NCBI GenBank assembly: GCA_003140175.1
Contig: PLJD01000077.1
Location: 29,141-93,140, forward strand
Length of the DNA stretch: 64,000 nucleotides
Direction: 5' to 3'
Source: Actinomycetota bacterium
GTDB lineage: Bacteria > Actinomycetota > Acidimicrobiia > IMCC26256 > PALSA-555
Both the position numbers and the translations under genes were made by a program. Under the pieces are notes generated by a model, which did not search any database, was not told where the DNA came from, and was given only the letters and a program-made list of their open reading frames with translations. Shown here piece after piece: positions 28,179 through 39,018 of the stretch. Position 1 is the first letter of the stretch, and the number at the start of each line of letters is the position of its first letter.

Positions 28179-29294
28179 ATGGTGCCGATTCCCTTGGCTT
28201 CCGAGCCCCTGCGAATCGGGCTGCTCGGCTGTGGTCAGATCGCGCAGGCGCACGCCGCAGCTCTTCGATTCCTCGCCGACGACGGAGTGGCGCGCGTGTC
28301 GGCGGTCGCGGATCCCGACCCGGAGGGGATCAGGCGGGTCGCCGGGATCGTCGGGGATCTCGAACGCTCTTACTCGGATGGTCGAGAGCTGATCGACGAT
28401 CCGACCGTCGACGCGGTCGCAGTGGTCGCACCCACCCGGTTCCATCGTGACCTCATCGCCGCGGTGGCCTCGGCCGGCAAGCCACTCTTCACCGAGAAGC
28501 CACTCGCACCGGACTTCTCCACCGTGTGTGAGATCGCGGACACCGTCCGGGCCGCTGGGATCCCGGCCCAGGTTGGCTTTCAGTCACGATTTCATCCCAT
28601 TGTCCGCCAGCTGCAGGACTGGGTCGTCGAGGGTGAGCTCGGCGCGCCGATGGCGTACACGATCCGCGACGACCAGTTCTGGCCCACGGGCGCGGTGGTG
28701 CCAGGCCACTCGAGCTGGCGAGCCGAGCGGTCCCAGGCTGGCGGTGGCGCACTGCTGGAACACTCGATTCACTCCTGCGATATTGCCTGCTGGCTCTTCG
28801 GCCCGGTCGCACGCGTCTTCGCGTCGACCCGGCACGTGTTCGGCTTCGACGTGGAGGACGTCGCGGCGATCACCATCGAGCACCACAGTGGCGTTGTGGG
28901 GAACCTCGTCACGGTCTTCAACGGTGTCCGCGACCGCGAAGAGCGGCGCATCGAGGTCTTCTTCGAGCGTGCGGCTGTCGAAGCGACGACGGACTTCATC
29001 ATCGGTGCACCCGAGGACTCGTTGCTCCTCAAGCAGGACGGCGCTCCGGCTGAGCGCTTTGACGTGGACGCCCTACGCCGAGCGACCTTTGCCGCCGATG
29101 GCTTCGACCCGAACCGTGAGGTCTTCGTCTACCAGTACTTCGGTTACGCGGCGTTCGCGTCGGCGCTGCGACGCGGGCTCGACCCAGTACCGGGGATCGC
29201 TGACGCCGTCCGCGCTCACGAGGTGGTCGAGGCCGCCTATCAAAGTGCGCGAACCAAAGGGGCGGCCAACGTCGCCGACCTCCGATCGCGATAG
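28179..29294 (+). CDS. Gfo/Idh/MocA family oxidoreductase
   Basis: Contains LRIGLLGCGQIAQAH (Rossmann), VDAVAVVAPTRFH and KPLFTEKPLA, which is the canonical family pattern. Confidence 0.9.
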   Translation: MVPIPLASEPLRIGLLGCGQIAQAHAAALRFLADDGVARVSAVADPDPEGIRRVAGIVGDLERSYSDGRELIDDPTVDAVAVVAPTRFHRDLIAAVASAGKPLFTEKPLAPDFSTVCEIADTVRAAGIPAQVGFQSRFHPIVRQLQDWVVEGELGAPMAYTIRDDQFWPTGAVVPGHSSWRAERSQAGGGALLEHSIHSCDIACWLFGPVARVFASTRHVFGFDVEDVAAITIEHHSGVVGNLVTVFNGVRDREERRIEVFFERAAVEATTDFIIGAPEDSLLLKQDGAPAERFDVDALRRATFAADGFDPNREVFVYQYFGYAAFASALRRGLDPVPGIADAVRAHEVVEAAYQSARTKGAANVADLRSR

Positions 29295-29589
29295 CTGGCT
29301 TCAAGAACTGGGTGTCTGGCCAACGGAACGCGCCGGCCGAGGAACCCCAGCCTGCGCTCAGGCCCGTGATGCGGGCGAATCCGACACCGATGCCCACGCC
29401 CCCACCGCTGCGTCACAAGACCGGCGAGCCCAGGCGAGAGAACCGGCCGCGAGGATTCGGGTGACCGCTGGCTCGGAGTAGATTGGGTACTGGTGCTCGC
29501 CGCGGCTGTGGCCAGGTTGGCGAGAATCATCTGGTGTTGGTTCGTCCTGTCGATGCGATAGCCAACGGCAACGGGTGCGGAGGTCGCAC

Positions 29590-29931
29590 ATGCTCTCAGA
29601 AGCAGAGCGTCAAGAGCGGTTGGATGAGCTCACGGCGCTCATGGAGCTGCTGCGTCCCGCAGTACAGCAGGACGGCGGCGATCTTCGTGTTGTCGACGCC
29701 GACCCGGAAACCGGTGTGGTGCAGGTCACGCTCGAAGGCGCCTGCAGCTCGTGTGCGGTGAGTGCGGCCACGCTGCAAGGTGGTGTCAGTCGGATCCTCG
29801 CCGACCGCCTGTCGTGGGTCACCGAGGTTGTCGGTGCCGTCGACGACGAGATCGACTACGCGACCAGCGTCGCGATGGGCCGAGGCAACTACGTGGCTAC
29901 GGGCGACTCGTCACCTCGATCTGACGCCTGA
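29590..29931 (+). CDS. NifU/Nfu-like Fe-S cluster scaffold domain protein
   Basis: ATG 29590 follows GGAGG. Contains LRPAVQQDGGDLRVVD...VQVTLEGACSSCAVSAATL (NifU C-terminal CxxC motif). Confidence 0.75.
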   Translation: MLSEAERQERLDELTALMELLRPAVQQDGGDLRVVDADPETGVVQVTLEGACSSCAVSAATLQGGVSRILADRLSWVTEVVGAVDDEIDYATSVAMGRGNYVATGDSSPRSDA

Positions 29932-30014
29932 CGCACCCAGTGTCGGAGTCCCGGCTCGCCGACGCCGCGAGCATCGTCGTCCTCTCGGGCGACGATGACC
30001 GGACGCGCCCGCTC

Positions 30015-31262
30015 TCAGGTGGGGACCCGCGCTCGGAGTCGATTCCGGGTCGCGACGGCCATCCCCCACAGGATCACGAGCACCCCGTACAGGCCGAGCG
30101 GCGCGCTCGAGCTGGCACCAAACGCCGCGACGGCGACGCCGGCCGCGATCGCGAAATCGCGCATCGACGTGCTCAACAGCACCGCCGTCGCCACGGGCTT
30201 GGGTGCCCGCCAGGCCAGGGCCGCCCCCAAGGCAGCGGAGCCCGCGAGGAAGAGGAGGAGGGCACCCGCGACGCCCACGTAGCTCCTCGAGAGCCGGACT
30301 TGGGAAGCCACCAGCCAGACCAGGAGGGTGACCAGGGCGATCGAGAGCCGAGCGAGGCTGTCTTCGAAACGTGCGAGCCGCGCGACGCGGGCCCGCACGA
30401 ACAATCCGATGATCATCGGGGCCCCGACGATGAGCGCGAGATGGCCCAACAGGCTGAGCGCGTCGAGGTTGGCGGCCTCGCCCAACAGCCGGAGCGCGAG
30501 GCCGGCGCCGCCGACCGTGATCATCGTCGTGACGACGAGGACGCACGCCGCGACCGTGGCGTCACCGCCTGCCAATGACACCGCGGCGACCGAGGCGATC
30601 TCCGTGGGAGCGAGGCCAACCACCAGCACTCCGTGGCGCAAGGCCCCGGCGACGACCAGTCGTGAGACCACCCACGCGAGCGCCGGAAGCACCAGCATCC
30701 CAGCCACAATGGCGACACCGATTCGCCGGAGGTGGCTTCCGAGACTCGCGAACGCCGAGATCGGAATGCTGAGCGCGGTCACGAAGACCAGTACGGCTAA
30801 GCACGCGTCCAGCCCGCTGTGGCTCACGATGAGCCGAGCGGGTTCCGGCACGGCCTGGCTCATCGTGGCGACTGCCACGATGAGAACGAGCTCCTCGTAG
30901 GAACGAGCCGCACGGGTGGCGGCGAGCCCGATTCCGAGGGCGAGCAGACCCAGCACGAGTGTCGCGACCTGGTCATTTCCGTTGGCAATCGTGAATGAGT
31001 GGTAGGGCACGGTGTGGAAGAAGTCGTAGGAGAGCGCAGCGGAGCCCGCGGCCACGACGACGGGGCCAGGTCGGCGCGACATCGCGACGACCAGGACCGC
31101 GGCGAGGATGAGGAGGGCAATGTCGGCGTTGCCAGTGGATTCCCGGACGTCCACGAGTGCCGCGGCGGAAGTGGCCGGCAAGCCGGCGGCGAGGGCAGTC
31201 CATACCAGCGTCGACCGATGAGGCCGCCAGGTCGACCGGAGGATCGGCATCCCGCGCATCAT
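30015..31262 (-). CDS. Membrane protein: DUF4118-like N-terminal module fused to a bile acid:sodium symporter (BASS/SBF)-like domain
   Basis: The N-terminus (ADIALLILAAVLVVAMSRRPGPVVVAAGSAALSYDFFHTVPYHSFTI) resembles the KdpD-type DUF4118. The remainder (VVGLAPTEIASVAAVSLAGGDATVAA..., LLSTSMRDFAIAAGVA) resembles the SBF family. Confidence 0.7.
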   Translation of the reverse strand: MMRGMPILRSTWRPHRSTLVWTALAAGLPATSAAALVDVRESTGNADIALLILAAVLVVAMSRRPGPVVVAAGSAALSYDFFHTVPYHSFTIANGNDQVATLVLGLLALGIGLAATRAARSYEELVLIVAVATMSQAVPEPARLIVSHSGLDACLAVLVFVTALSIPISAFASLGSHLRRIGVAIVAGMLVLPALAWVVSRLVVAGALRHGVLVVGLAPTEIASVAAVSLAGGDATVAACVLVVTTMITVGGAGLALRLLGEAANLDALSLLGHLALIVGAPMIIGLFVRARVARLARFEDSLARLSIALVTLLVWLVASQVRLSRSYVGVAGALLLFLAGSAALGAALAWRAPKPVATAVLLSTSMRDFAIAAGVAVAAFGASSSAPLGLYGVLVILWGMAVATRNRLRARVPT

Positions 31263-31450
31263 ATGGACGTGATGGCATCGCCAACTGATTCACCTACCAC
31301 GTTCCGGCCGAAGGCGGCGCGCGTTCGCACCCGTTCGGTGGGTGGGCGCGCTGCCACCAGCCCCTCTCTCGAGCCGGGCCGATCGGCCGACCGTCGCGCG
31401 CTGACGGTGAGCGCCGCGTGCTGGGTGAACGCGAGACGATTGGAACGACG

Positions 31451-32593
<1,143 letters not shown>

Positions 32594-33067
32594 CTACGAC
32601 GTTCCGTGGTAGCGGGCGGCGGGGGTGCCGGGTGGGTTGTGCACCCCGGGCTGGGCGTCTGGGTTCCCCACGCAGACCTCGCACTCGAGACCATCAGGAT
32701 CGCGGAAGAACACGCTCAGGACCCGCCCGAAGTCGGTGACGAACCCGTCACTGGCCCCTCGTTCCATCAGTCGGTCCCGGATCGTGTCGAACGCTTCGAT
32801 CGAGTCGGCCTGGAGGGCGAGGTGATCGATGCGGCCGCGCCCGAACATGGGGGTCTGGTGGCCCGCTTCCGCATTCCCCGCGATCTGGAAGACGTTGAGC
32901 TCGGAGTGTGGCCCGACATTGATGATCGAGAGCCGCACATCGGAGGACTTCGGCGTCTCTGGTCCGTCCCGCAGCACGGCCGCGCCGAACACGTCCTCGT
33001 AGAAGGCGTGGAGCCGCTCCGTGTCGTTCGTCAGGATCGCGACGTGGTTGAGGCCGTTCAGCAGCAT
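32594..33067 (-). CDS. VOC (glyoxalase/bleomycin-resistance/dioxygenase) family protein
   Basis: GGAGGG lies 7 nt upstream of the ATG. Contains LNHVAILTND..., IDHLALQ and FRDPDGLECEV. Confidence 0.8.
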   Translation of the reverse strand: MLLNGLNHVAILTNDTERLHAFYEDVFGAAVLRDGPETPKSSDVRLSIINVGPHSELNVFQIAGNAEAGHQTPMFGRGRIDHLALQADSIEAFDTIRDRLMERGASDGFVTDFGRVLSVFFRDPDGLECEVCVGNPDAQPGVHNPPGTPAARYHGTS

Positions 33068-33221
33068 CGTTCTGCCCTCCTGCTCGGCCGAGCATACGGG
33101 TCGCCGTCACGAGGCCCGAGAGTCCACGCAGCCGCCATCGCCGCCGGCCGGCGAGACCTGGGGTCTCAGCGCCGGAGGCTGGAAAAGGGCCATCGCCCGA
33201 CCGATCGGGGTCCATTCGGTA

Positions 33222-35591
33222 TCAGTGCAAGTCGAGTCGTTGGAGCACCCGCACTTTCAGGCCGTCCATGGCGAACATCGACACCACCGCGATGCCGAGC
33301 ACGAGCAAGACGAGCAGGAGACTGACACTGGTCATGAAGGTCCCCGTCGTGGCCAGCGCGGTGACAATGACGACGTCGACGCAGGTGGCCAGGACCAGCC
33401 AGCCACCTGGCCGTGAGGTCCACAGACGTCCGCGCTCCCGAACCAGGTACACGGTGGCTTGACCCGTGAAGACCAGCATCACGAACATCAGCGTTTGGAC
33501 CTCGTGGAGGCCGAGGTGGAAGACCGCACGGGCGAGGAAGAGGTCGACGAACGATTCGGCCAGCACCGCGGCGGCGATGACCGCCGCCGCGAGGGTCAGT
33601 GCGTCAACTCGCCACCGATCGGGCTGCGCGGAAGGCCGGGACCGGTCGACCGCCAGCGCCATGGTGACAAAGTCGTTGGCGAAGAGGAGCAGGACGATCA
33701 GGAATGGAGTCGTCACGAAGTCGCGGGTGATCACGAAGGAGAGCGTCAAGAACAGGGCCACCTGTAGCGTCTTGACGATCTTGTTGAGAGTCCACGTCAG
33801 CATTCGCTGGTACACACCACGACTGACGCGCACCGCTGCGACGACGTCGACGAGGCCAGGTTCGGTTAACACCATGCTGGCCGCGGCCTTGGCGACATCC
33901 ACGGCGCTGTCGACCGCGATGCCGACCTCGGCCTGCTTCAGGGCCGGGGCGTCGTTGACTCCGTCCCCGGTCATGGCGACGACGTGACCGTGGTCTTGGA
34001 GTCGGCGCACGATCGCGAACTTGTCCTCTGGCAAGACGCCGGCGAAGATCTCATTCGAGTGCACGAGCTCAGGATTGGCCCGAAGCTCGTCTGCGGTGCA
34101 AGCCGGACCGTGGATACCAACCTGGCCGGCCACGGCCAACGCGGTCGCGAGCGTGTCGCCCGTGATCATCTTGACGTCCACCCCGAGGGACCGGAGCTCA
34201 GTGATGAGCTGCGCCGAGTCTGGCCGTGGACGGTCGGCCAGTCCGAGCAGGCCGACCAGGTGTAGGCAGCCCCGAGCGCCCGCGGCGACGGCCACGACAC
34301 GACTGCCGGTCTGGGCCAGGTCCTCGACGTCGGCCTCGACACGGTCTGGGGCCCCCCGGCACGAGCGCGCGATGACTTCGGGCATGCCCTTGACGATCAG
34401 CAGTGTCTCGCCCTCGCGCTCGACGCTGGTCTCGGTTCGTTTCGTCGACGGATCGAAGGGCTCAAAAGACGTCCGCCGCCACGCCGAGACGTCGAGGCCG
34501 GCCGCATCGGTGGCACGCAGGATGGCGAGGTCGATTGGGTCCTGACCCGCCCGGTCGGACGACAGCGCGGCCAGCTCGAGCAGCTCAGCATCGCTGGACG
34601 GCAGGTAGCAGCGGGTGTCGGCCAGCTCGAGCTGGTTGAGGGTCAGCGTTCCTGTCTTGTCGGTGCACAGGATGTCCATCGACGCCGCCTCTTGGACCGC
34701 GGAGAGGCGGGTCACGAGGACGCCGTGTCCGCGATGCTCCTCGTCCTTGCCCTGGCTCAGCTCCAGCGCACCGACTGCCTGGGCCACGGTGAAGGTGGTC
34801 GGCAGCGCGATCGGGACCGAGGCGATCAAGATGATGAGAGCAAACGGCAGCGTGTCGGAGATCGGAGTGCCGACGGCGAGCGCGAATCCGAACATGGTGA
34901 GCACCACCGCGACGTCGACGACGACGAGGTACTTCACGACCTGGAAGATGATCGACTCGAGGTGACTGGCGGTCTGTGCGCTCTGCACGAGCTGGGACGT
35001 TCGACCGAAGAAGCTCGACGACCCGGTCGCCGTGACAGTTCCCGTGGCCTCACCTCTGGTGACGACGCTGGAGCCGTATGCCTCGCCTCCTGGCAGGATG
35101 TCGACGGGAACCGATTCGCCGGTGAGTGCAGACTGATCACAGTTGATGTGCCCACTCGTGACGTCGAGGTCGGCGGGGACGAGATCGCCGGCCCGAACCC
35201 GGACGACGTCGCCGGGCACCACTTCTCGCGATGGGATGGTGCTCCAGTGCCCGTCGCGTCGGACGCGCGCGTTGACCGCCAGGCGGGTCTTCAGGAGGGC
35301 GAGCGCCCGTTCGGCTCGAGCGCTCTGCTGGAATCCGATCAGGGAGTTCACCACCAGCAATGCGGCGATGATCCCGGCCTCGAGGTCCTTGCCGAGCACG
35401 AGGGTCAAGACGATGGTCACCTCGAGCATCCAGGCCAGCGGTCCCCAGAAGCGCGCCCCGAGTCGGCGCCACGCCGGGACCCGCTGCTCCTCGATCGCGT
35501 TCGGGCCGTGGACGGTCAGCCGTCGGACGGCCTCCGCGCGGTCCAGCCCGTCCGGACTGTCGCGGGCCGGGTGCTCGCCTGCGAGCAGCAT
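33222..35591 (-). CDS. P-type ATPase, P3A (plasma-membrane H+-ATPase-like) subfamily
   Basis: Contains CDQSALTGESVPV, ILCTDKTGTLTLNQL, MITGD and TGDGVNDAPALKQAEVGIAV. The DKTGTLTLN(K/Q)L string is characteristic of proton-pump-type enzymes. ATG 35591 follows GGTGGAG (alternative GTG 35600). Confidence 0.9.
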   Translation of the reverse strand: MLLAGEHPARDSPDGLDRAEAVRRLTVHGPNAIEEQRVPAWRRLGARFWGPLAWMLEVTIVLTLVLGKDLEAGIIAALLVVNSLIGFQQSARAERALALLKTRLAVNARVRRDGHWSTIPSREVVPGDVVRVRAGDLVPADLDVTSGHINCDQSALTGESVPVDILPGGEAYGSSVVTRGEATGTVTATGSSSFFGRTSQLVQSAQTASHLESIIFQVVKYLVVVDVAVVLTMFGFALAVGTPISDTLPFALIILIASVPIALPTTFTVAQAVGALELSQGKDEEHRGHGVLVTRLSAVQEAASMDILCTDKTGTLTLNQLELADTRCYLPSSDAELLELAALSSDRAGQDPIDLAILRATDAAGLDVSAWRRTSFEPFDPSTKRTETSVEREGETLLIVKGMPEVIARSCRGAPDRVEADVEDLAQTGSRVVAVAAGARGCLHLVGLLGLADRPRPDSAQLITELRSLGVDVKMITGDTLATALAVAGQVGIHGPACTADELRANPELVHSNEIFAGVLPEDKFAIVRRLQDHGHVVAMTGDGVNDAPALKQAEVGIAVDSAVDVAKAAASMVLTEPGLVDVVAAVRVSRGVYQRMLTWTLNKIVKTLQVALFLTLSFVITRDFVTTPFLIVLLLFANDFVTMALAVDRSRPSAQPDRWRVDALTLAAAVIAAAVLAESFVDLFLARAVFHLGLHEVQTLMFVMLVFTGQATVYLVRERGRLWTSRPGGWLVLATCVDVVIVTALATTGTFMTSVSLLLVLLVLGIAVVSMFAMDGLKVRVLQRLDLH

Positions 35592-35603
35592 ATACTCCAC
35601 CTA

Positions 35604-35616
35604 CTGAATAGTTCAG
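35604..35616. promoter_or_regulatory. Palindrome CTGAA-TAG-TTCAG in the AT-rich MarR / P-type ATPase divergent promoter region
   Basis: The 56-nt intergenic segment 35592-35647 is strikingly AT-rich for this window. It contains this perfect 5-3-5 inverted repeat. Confidence 0.4.
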
Positions 35617-35647
35617 ATACTGACGTATTTTAGTGTACAGTGTTCCC

Positions 35648-36139
35648 ATGGTTCGGCAAGGGGGGCAGGTCCCAGCCTCGGTGGCGCCTCGAACGTCGGT
35701 TGCCGAGGAGCTCGCGGACGTCGTTCCCCGGCTCTATCGGCTGCTGCGGACGGCCTTGGACGAGGATCCCGGGACCCCCTCGCTCGAGCAGCTCCGTGTC
35801 ATGCAGCGGGTCGACGACGGTCTCCGCCACACCAGCGCGCTCGCCGCCGCCCGTCAGATGCGCATGTCGGCGATCACGGGGATTCTCGATGTGCTGGCCC
35901 AGCGCAACTGGATCCGGCGCGAGCCTGACCCGACTGATCGCCGACGCACCAACGTCGAACTCACGGGCGACGGATGCAAGATGCTGGCGCGCGGGCGTCG
36001 GCTCACCTCGCGACGCGTCGCGACCATCCTGGATGAGTATCCCCGCGCCCTCAGCGAGCTCTCACTCGCGGTCGAGGGGCTCGTCGAGGCGGTGACCCGC
36101 TACGACGAACGACCGGTCGTTCGACGAGGCACTCCCTAG
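35648..36139 (+). CDS. MarR-family transcriptional regulator
   Basis: Contains LEQLRVMQRV..., ALAAARQMRMSAITGILDVLAQRNWIRREPDPTDRRRTNVELT (winged HTH with the DRR motif). Confidence 0.85.
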   Translation: MVRQGGQVPASVAPRTSVAEELADVVPRLYRLLRTALDEDPGTPSLEQLRVMQRVDDGLRHTSALAAARQMRMSAITGILDVLAQRNWIRREPDPTDRRRTNVELTGDGCKMLARGRRLTSRRVATILDEYPRALSELSLAVEGLVEAVTRYDERPVVRRGTP

Positions 36140-36545
36140 CCGACCCCCGATCGGCAACACGATGAGCCCCGGGCAGCCCTTGGAGCTGCTTCGCGAGCTG
36201 GCTGAGTTGCGCCTCCAGCAGCGCGGCGCCGTCGACGAACGGCGCCGGCAGCGGCCCAGTGGGAGGTGTGGGGGCGAGGCCACCCGACGTTGGCGGCGGG
36301 GCGTGGATGCCGGACGCATTGGCGCGCGGCGGCGCCACGGGTCGGAGGTGGGGACCGACCTTCACCGGCGCTGCCGCCAACTGAAAGCGACCCACGGCAC
36401 CGGCGCTCAACCGCTCCCACGATCCCACCCTGGCGTGCGCGCGGCGATGACCGACGCGCAAACGCTTCCTCATGAAGCACTAGCCTCGACTCGACCCTGG
36501 GTCGTCGGGCCCGCTGCTCGCCAGGGCTTCGGTGAGGAGAGAACG

Positions 36546-37754
36546 ATGCCGTACAGCACGGGGCGCATCGTCCACGACGCTGACTCCCATCTCATGGAGA
36601 CGCCAACGTGGCTCCGTGACCACGCCGACCCGGACATCCGGGACCGGATTCAACCGCTCCGCTACCCGAGCGGGAACGAGCTTCGCCAGACCGGAGACCC
36701 CGGCGAGCAGCTGCGTGACCTGGATCTCGCGTTCGAGCGACTCCGCGCGCGGCACGCCTCGCCCACATACCGCGCCGCCGAGGACGCCGAGATCATGCAA
36801 CGAAAGAACTTCGCCGCGACCGGCTCCTTCCTCGCCGCGGACCGGCCTCGCGCCCTCGACTTGCTGGGCTTCTCGAGCCAGCTCGTGTTCAACACCTTCC
36901 ACAACCGACGCCTGCGCGACTGGGAACACGACCACGACTTGGACTTCGCGTATGGCGTCGCACGAGCCCACAACCGAGGCATGGTGGAGTTCTGCTCGGT
37001 TGACCCGCGTCTGCTCCCCACCTGTTACATCCCACTCGCTGATTTTGACCGAGCCGACGCGCTCGCCGACGAAGCCCTCGCGATGGGAGCGGCAGCCCTC
37101 CTCGTGGCATCGGGATGTCCCCGGACCCACTCGCCGAGCCACGTCCGCCTCGACGGCTTCTGGGCGCGGGCGCAGGACGCGGCCATCCCGGTTGTGTTCC
37201 ATGTTGGCGGTACCGGCGACCTCATCGAGCCTGGCTACTTTCGCAACGGCCGACCCGTCCCACCTGACTTTCACGGTGGCGAGGAGAACTTTCGGTCCGT
37301 CGACTACATGGGGATTCCGGGACCCCCGGCGCAGACCCTCGCCACCTTGATCTTCGACGGGGTGCTCGATCGCTTCCCCGCGCTGCGGATCGGCGTGATC
37401 GAGCAGGGCGCGATCTGGGTCCCCTCATGGTTGCGCCAGATGGAGGCCGCCTTCGATGCCTTCGCCCGCCATGAAGAGCGACTGCGGACCCTCTCGTTGC
37501 GGCCCACCGAGTATGTGCGCCGCCAAGTTCGCTTCACGCCCTACCCGACCGAGGATGTCGGCTGGATCATCGCGAACTCGGGCCCCGAAGTCTGCATGTT
37601 CTCATCCGACTATCCCCACGTGGAAGGCGGACGCCGGCCACTGGAGCGCTTCGAGGCGTCGCTCGGCGATCTGGGTGACTCGAGCCGCCGCCGCTTCTAC
37701 TGCGACAATTTTGTCGACCTGATGGGATCCGCGGCCAAGCCGTTGGTTGCGTAG
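36546..37754 (+). CDS. Amidohydrolase_2 (ACMSD-like) family metal-dependent hydrolase
   Basis: Track ORF trimmed to ATG 36546 after GAGGAG. Contains IVHDADSHLMETP, VVFHVGG and FSSDYPHVEG. Confidence 0.85.
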   Translation: MPYSTGRIVHDADSHLMETPTWLRDHADPDIRDRIQPLRYPSGNELRQTGDPGEQLRDLDLAFERLRARHASPTYRAAEDAEIMQRKNFAATGSFLAADRPRALDLLGFSSQLVFNTFHNRRLRDWEHDHDLDFAYGVARAHNRGMVEFCSVDPRLLPTCYIPLADFDRADALADEALAMGAAALLVASGCPRTHSPSHVRLDGFWARAQDAAIPVVFHVGGTGDLIEPGYFRNGRPVPPDFHGGEENFRSVDYMGIPGPPAQTLATLIFDGVLDRFPALRIGVIEQGAIWVPSWLRQMEAAFDAFARHEERLRTLSLRPTEYVRRQVRFTPYPTEDVGWIIANSGPEVCMFSSDYPHVEGGRRPLERFEASLGDLGDSSRRRFYCDNFVDLMGSAAKPLVA

Positions 37755-37833
37755 ACGCGGGGGCTCGGGGCTCGGGGCCCGGGTGGCCCACGGGCGGCCC
37801 GACCGGTGCGGAACTACAGGGGCGGACGCCGGC

Positions 37834-38814
37834 TCAGTGCAGGGCGATCGTGATGGCGATCGTCGCGCCGAGAATGAACCAGAAGCCCAGCGCAACTCCG
37901 GCGACGAGCAGCCAGAGCGGCTTGCCGCCGAGCGCCGACCCTGCGAGCGGGGGTTCGGGTGAGAGGTCGAAGCTGGCCAGGTCGAGCGAATCGAGACGGT
38001 CGAGATCGTCACCAAGCTCGACCGCCGACTGGTAGCGCAGGGTCGGTGATCGGCGCATCGCCTTCAGCACGACGGCCTCGAGCGGGGCCGGGACGTCGGG
38101 GCGCAGCTCGCGGATCGGAGTTGGCGTCCCGACGAGCTGGGCGCCCATGGTCGCGGCCGGGCTCGCGCCCACAAAGGGCGGCCTACCCACGAGCAACTCG
38201 TACATCACGACGCCCCAGGAGTACAGGTCGCTGCGGTGGTCGCCGCGCCTGCCTTGCAGACGCTCGGGGCTGGCGTAGGCGGCGGTCCCCACTTCGGTGT
38301 GAAACGGGAGCTGAGCACCGAACCCGCGGGGTGCACGACCGGCGGCCCCGAAGTCGAGCAGCGTGAGGTGGAGGTCGTCGCTGACCAGGAGGTTGCCCGG
38401 CTTGAGGTCTCCGTGTACGACGCGATGCTGTTCGAGGTAGGTGAGAATCTCGGCCAGCTCACGACCCCAAGCCGACGCGAGCGGTGTGGGGATGCCGCTC
38501 GGGTGGGCGCGCAGCCAGTCCGACAGGGATTCGCCGTCGACGTAGTCCAGGACGAGGTACAGCTCGGTGCGGGTCCGGCCGTCGTCGTGGCTCTGTTGCA
38601 AACGAGGATGGTCGAGCGTGCGCGCGATCGTTGCCTCCTGGCGAAAACGCCGAGCGGCGCGCTGGTCGCCAACGACATTGCCTTTGAAGACCTTGAGGAC
38701 GACGCGGCGCCCGTCGCGGGTGTCCTCGGCCTCGTAGGACTCCGCGAAGCCGCCCTCCCCCAGGCATCCCGCGATCTGGTAGCCGTCGATGACGTCGCCA
38801 GGTTGATGGCGCAT
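37834..38814 (-). CDS. Ser/Thr protein kinase with C-terminal transmembrane anchor
   Basis: Contains GEGGFAESY, VVLKV, HGDLKPGNLL, DFG and ASPE (Hanks motifs). The C-terminal segment LWLLVAGVALGFWFILGATIAITIAL is hydrophobic. Confidence 0.9.
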   Translation of the reverse strand: MRHQPGDVIDGYQIAGCLGEGGFAESYEAEDTRDGRRVVLKVFKGNVVGDQRAARRFRQEATIARTLDHPRLQQSHDDGRTRTELYLVLDYVDGESLSDWLRAHPSGIPTPLASAWGRELAEILTYLEQHRVVHGDLKPGNLLVSDDLHLTLLDFGAAGRAPRGFGAQLPFHTEVGTAAYASPERLQGRRGDHRSDLYSWGVVMYELLVGRPPFVGASPAATMGAQLVGTPTPIRELRPDVPAPLEAVVLKAMRRSPTLRYQSAVELGDDLDRLDSLDLASFDLSPEPPLAGSALGGKPLWLLVAGVALGFWFILGATIAITIALH

Positions 38815-39018
38815 GCGACCTGCCAGGGGAAGGACGAAAGCGTCTCCTAGTCAACTTCGGCATGACCGCTGAACGGTGCCCGCTTCGGTGAAATTGCGGA
38901 GTCTTAGCAGCGCGACGCCAGAATTTGCGCCTTCTTAACGGCTCGGCGTCGCCCTAGGAATGCAGACCCGATCAAGCCCTCGCGGCGATGAGTATCGTGG
39001 GGTCGCGCCACGACGCCA

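Noticed and set aside
36140-36545. Coiled-coil-looking ORFs on both strands between the MarR and amidohydrolase genes
   Set aside because: The mirror-image Leu/Ala/Arg/Gln-rich translations on both strands are a GC-composition artefact. There is no start context or family resemblance, so the region is left unannotated.
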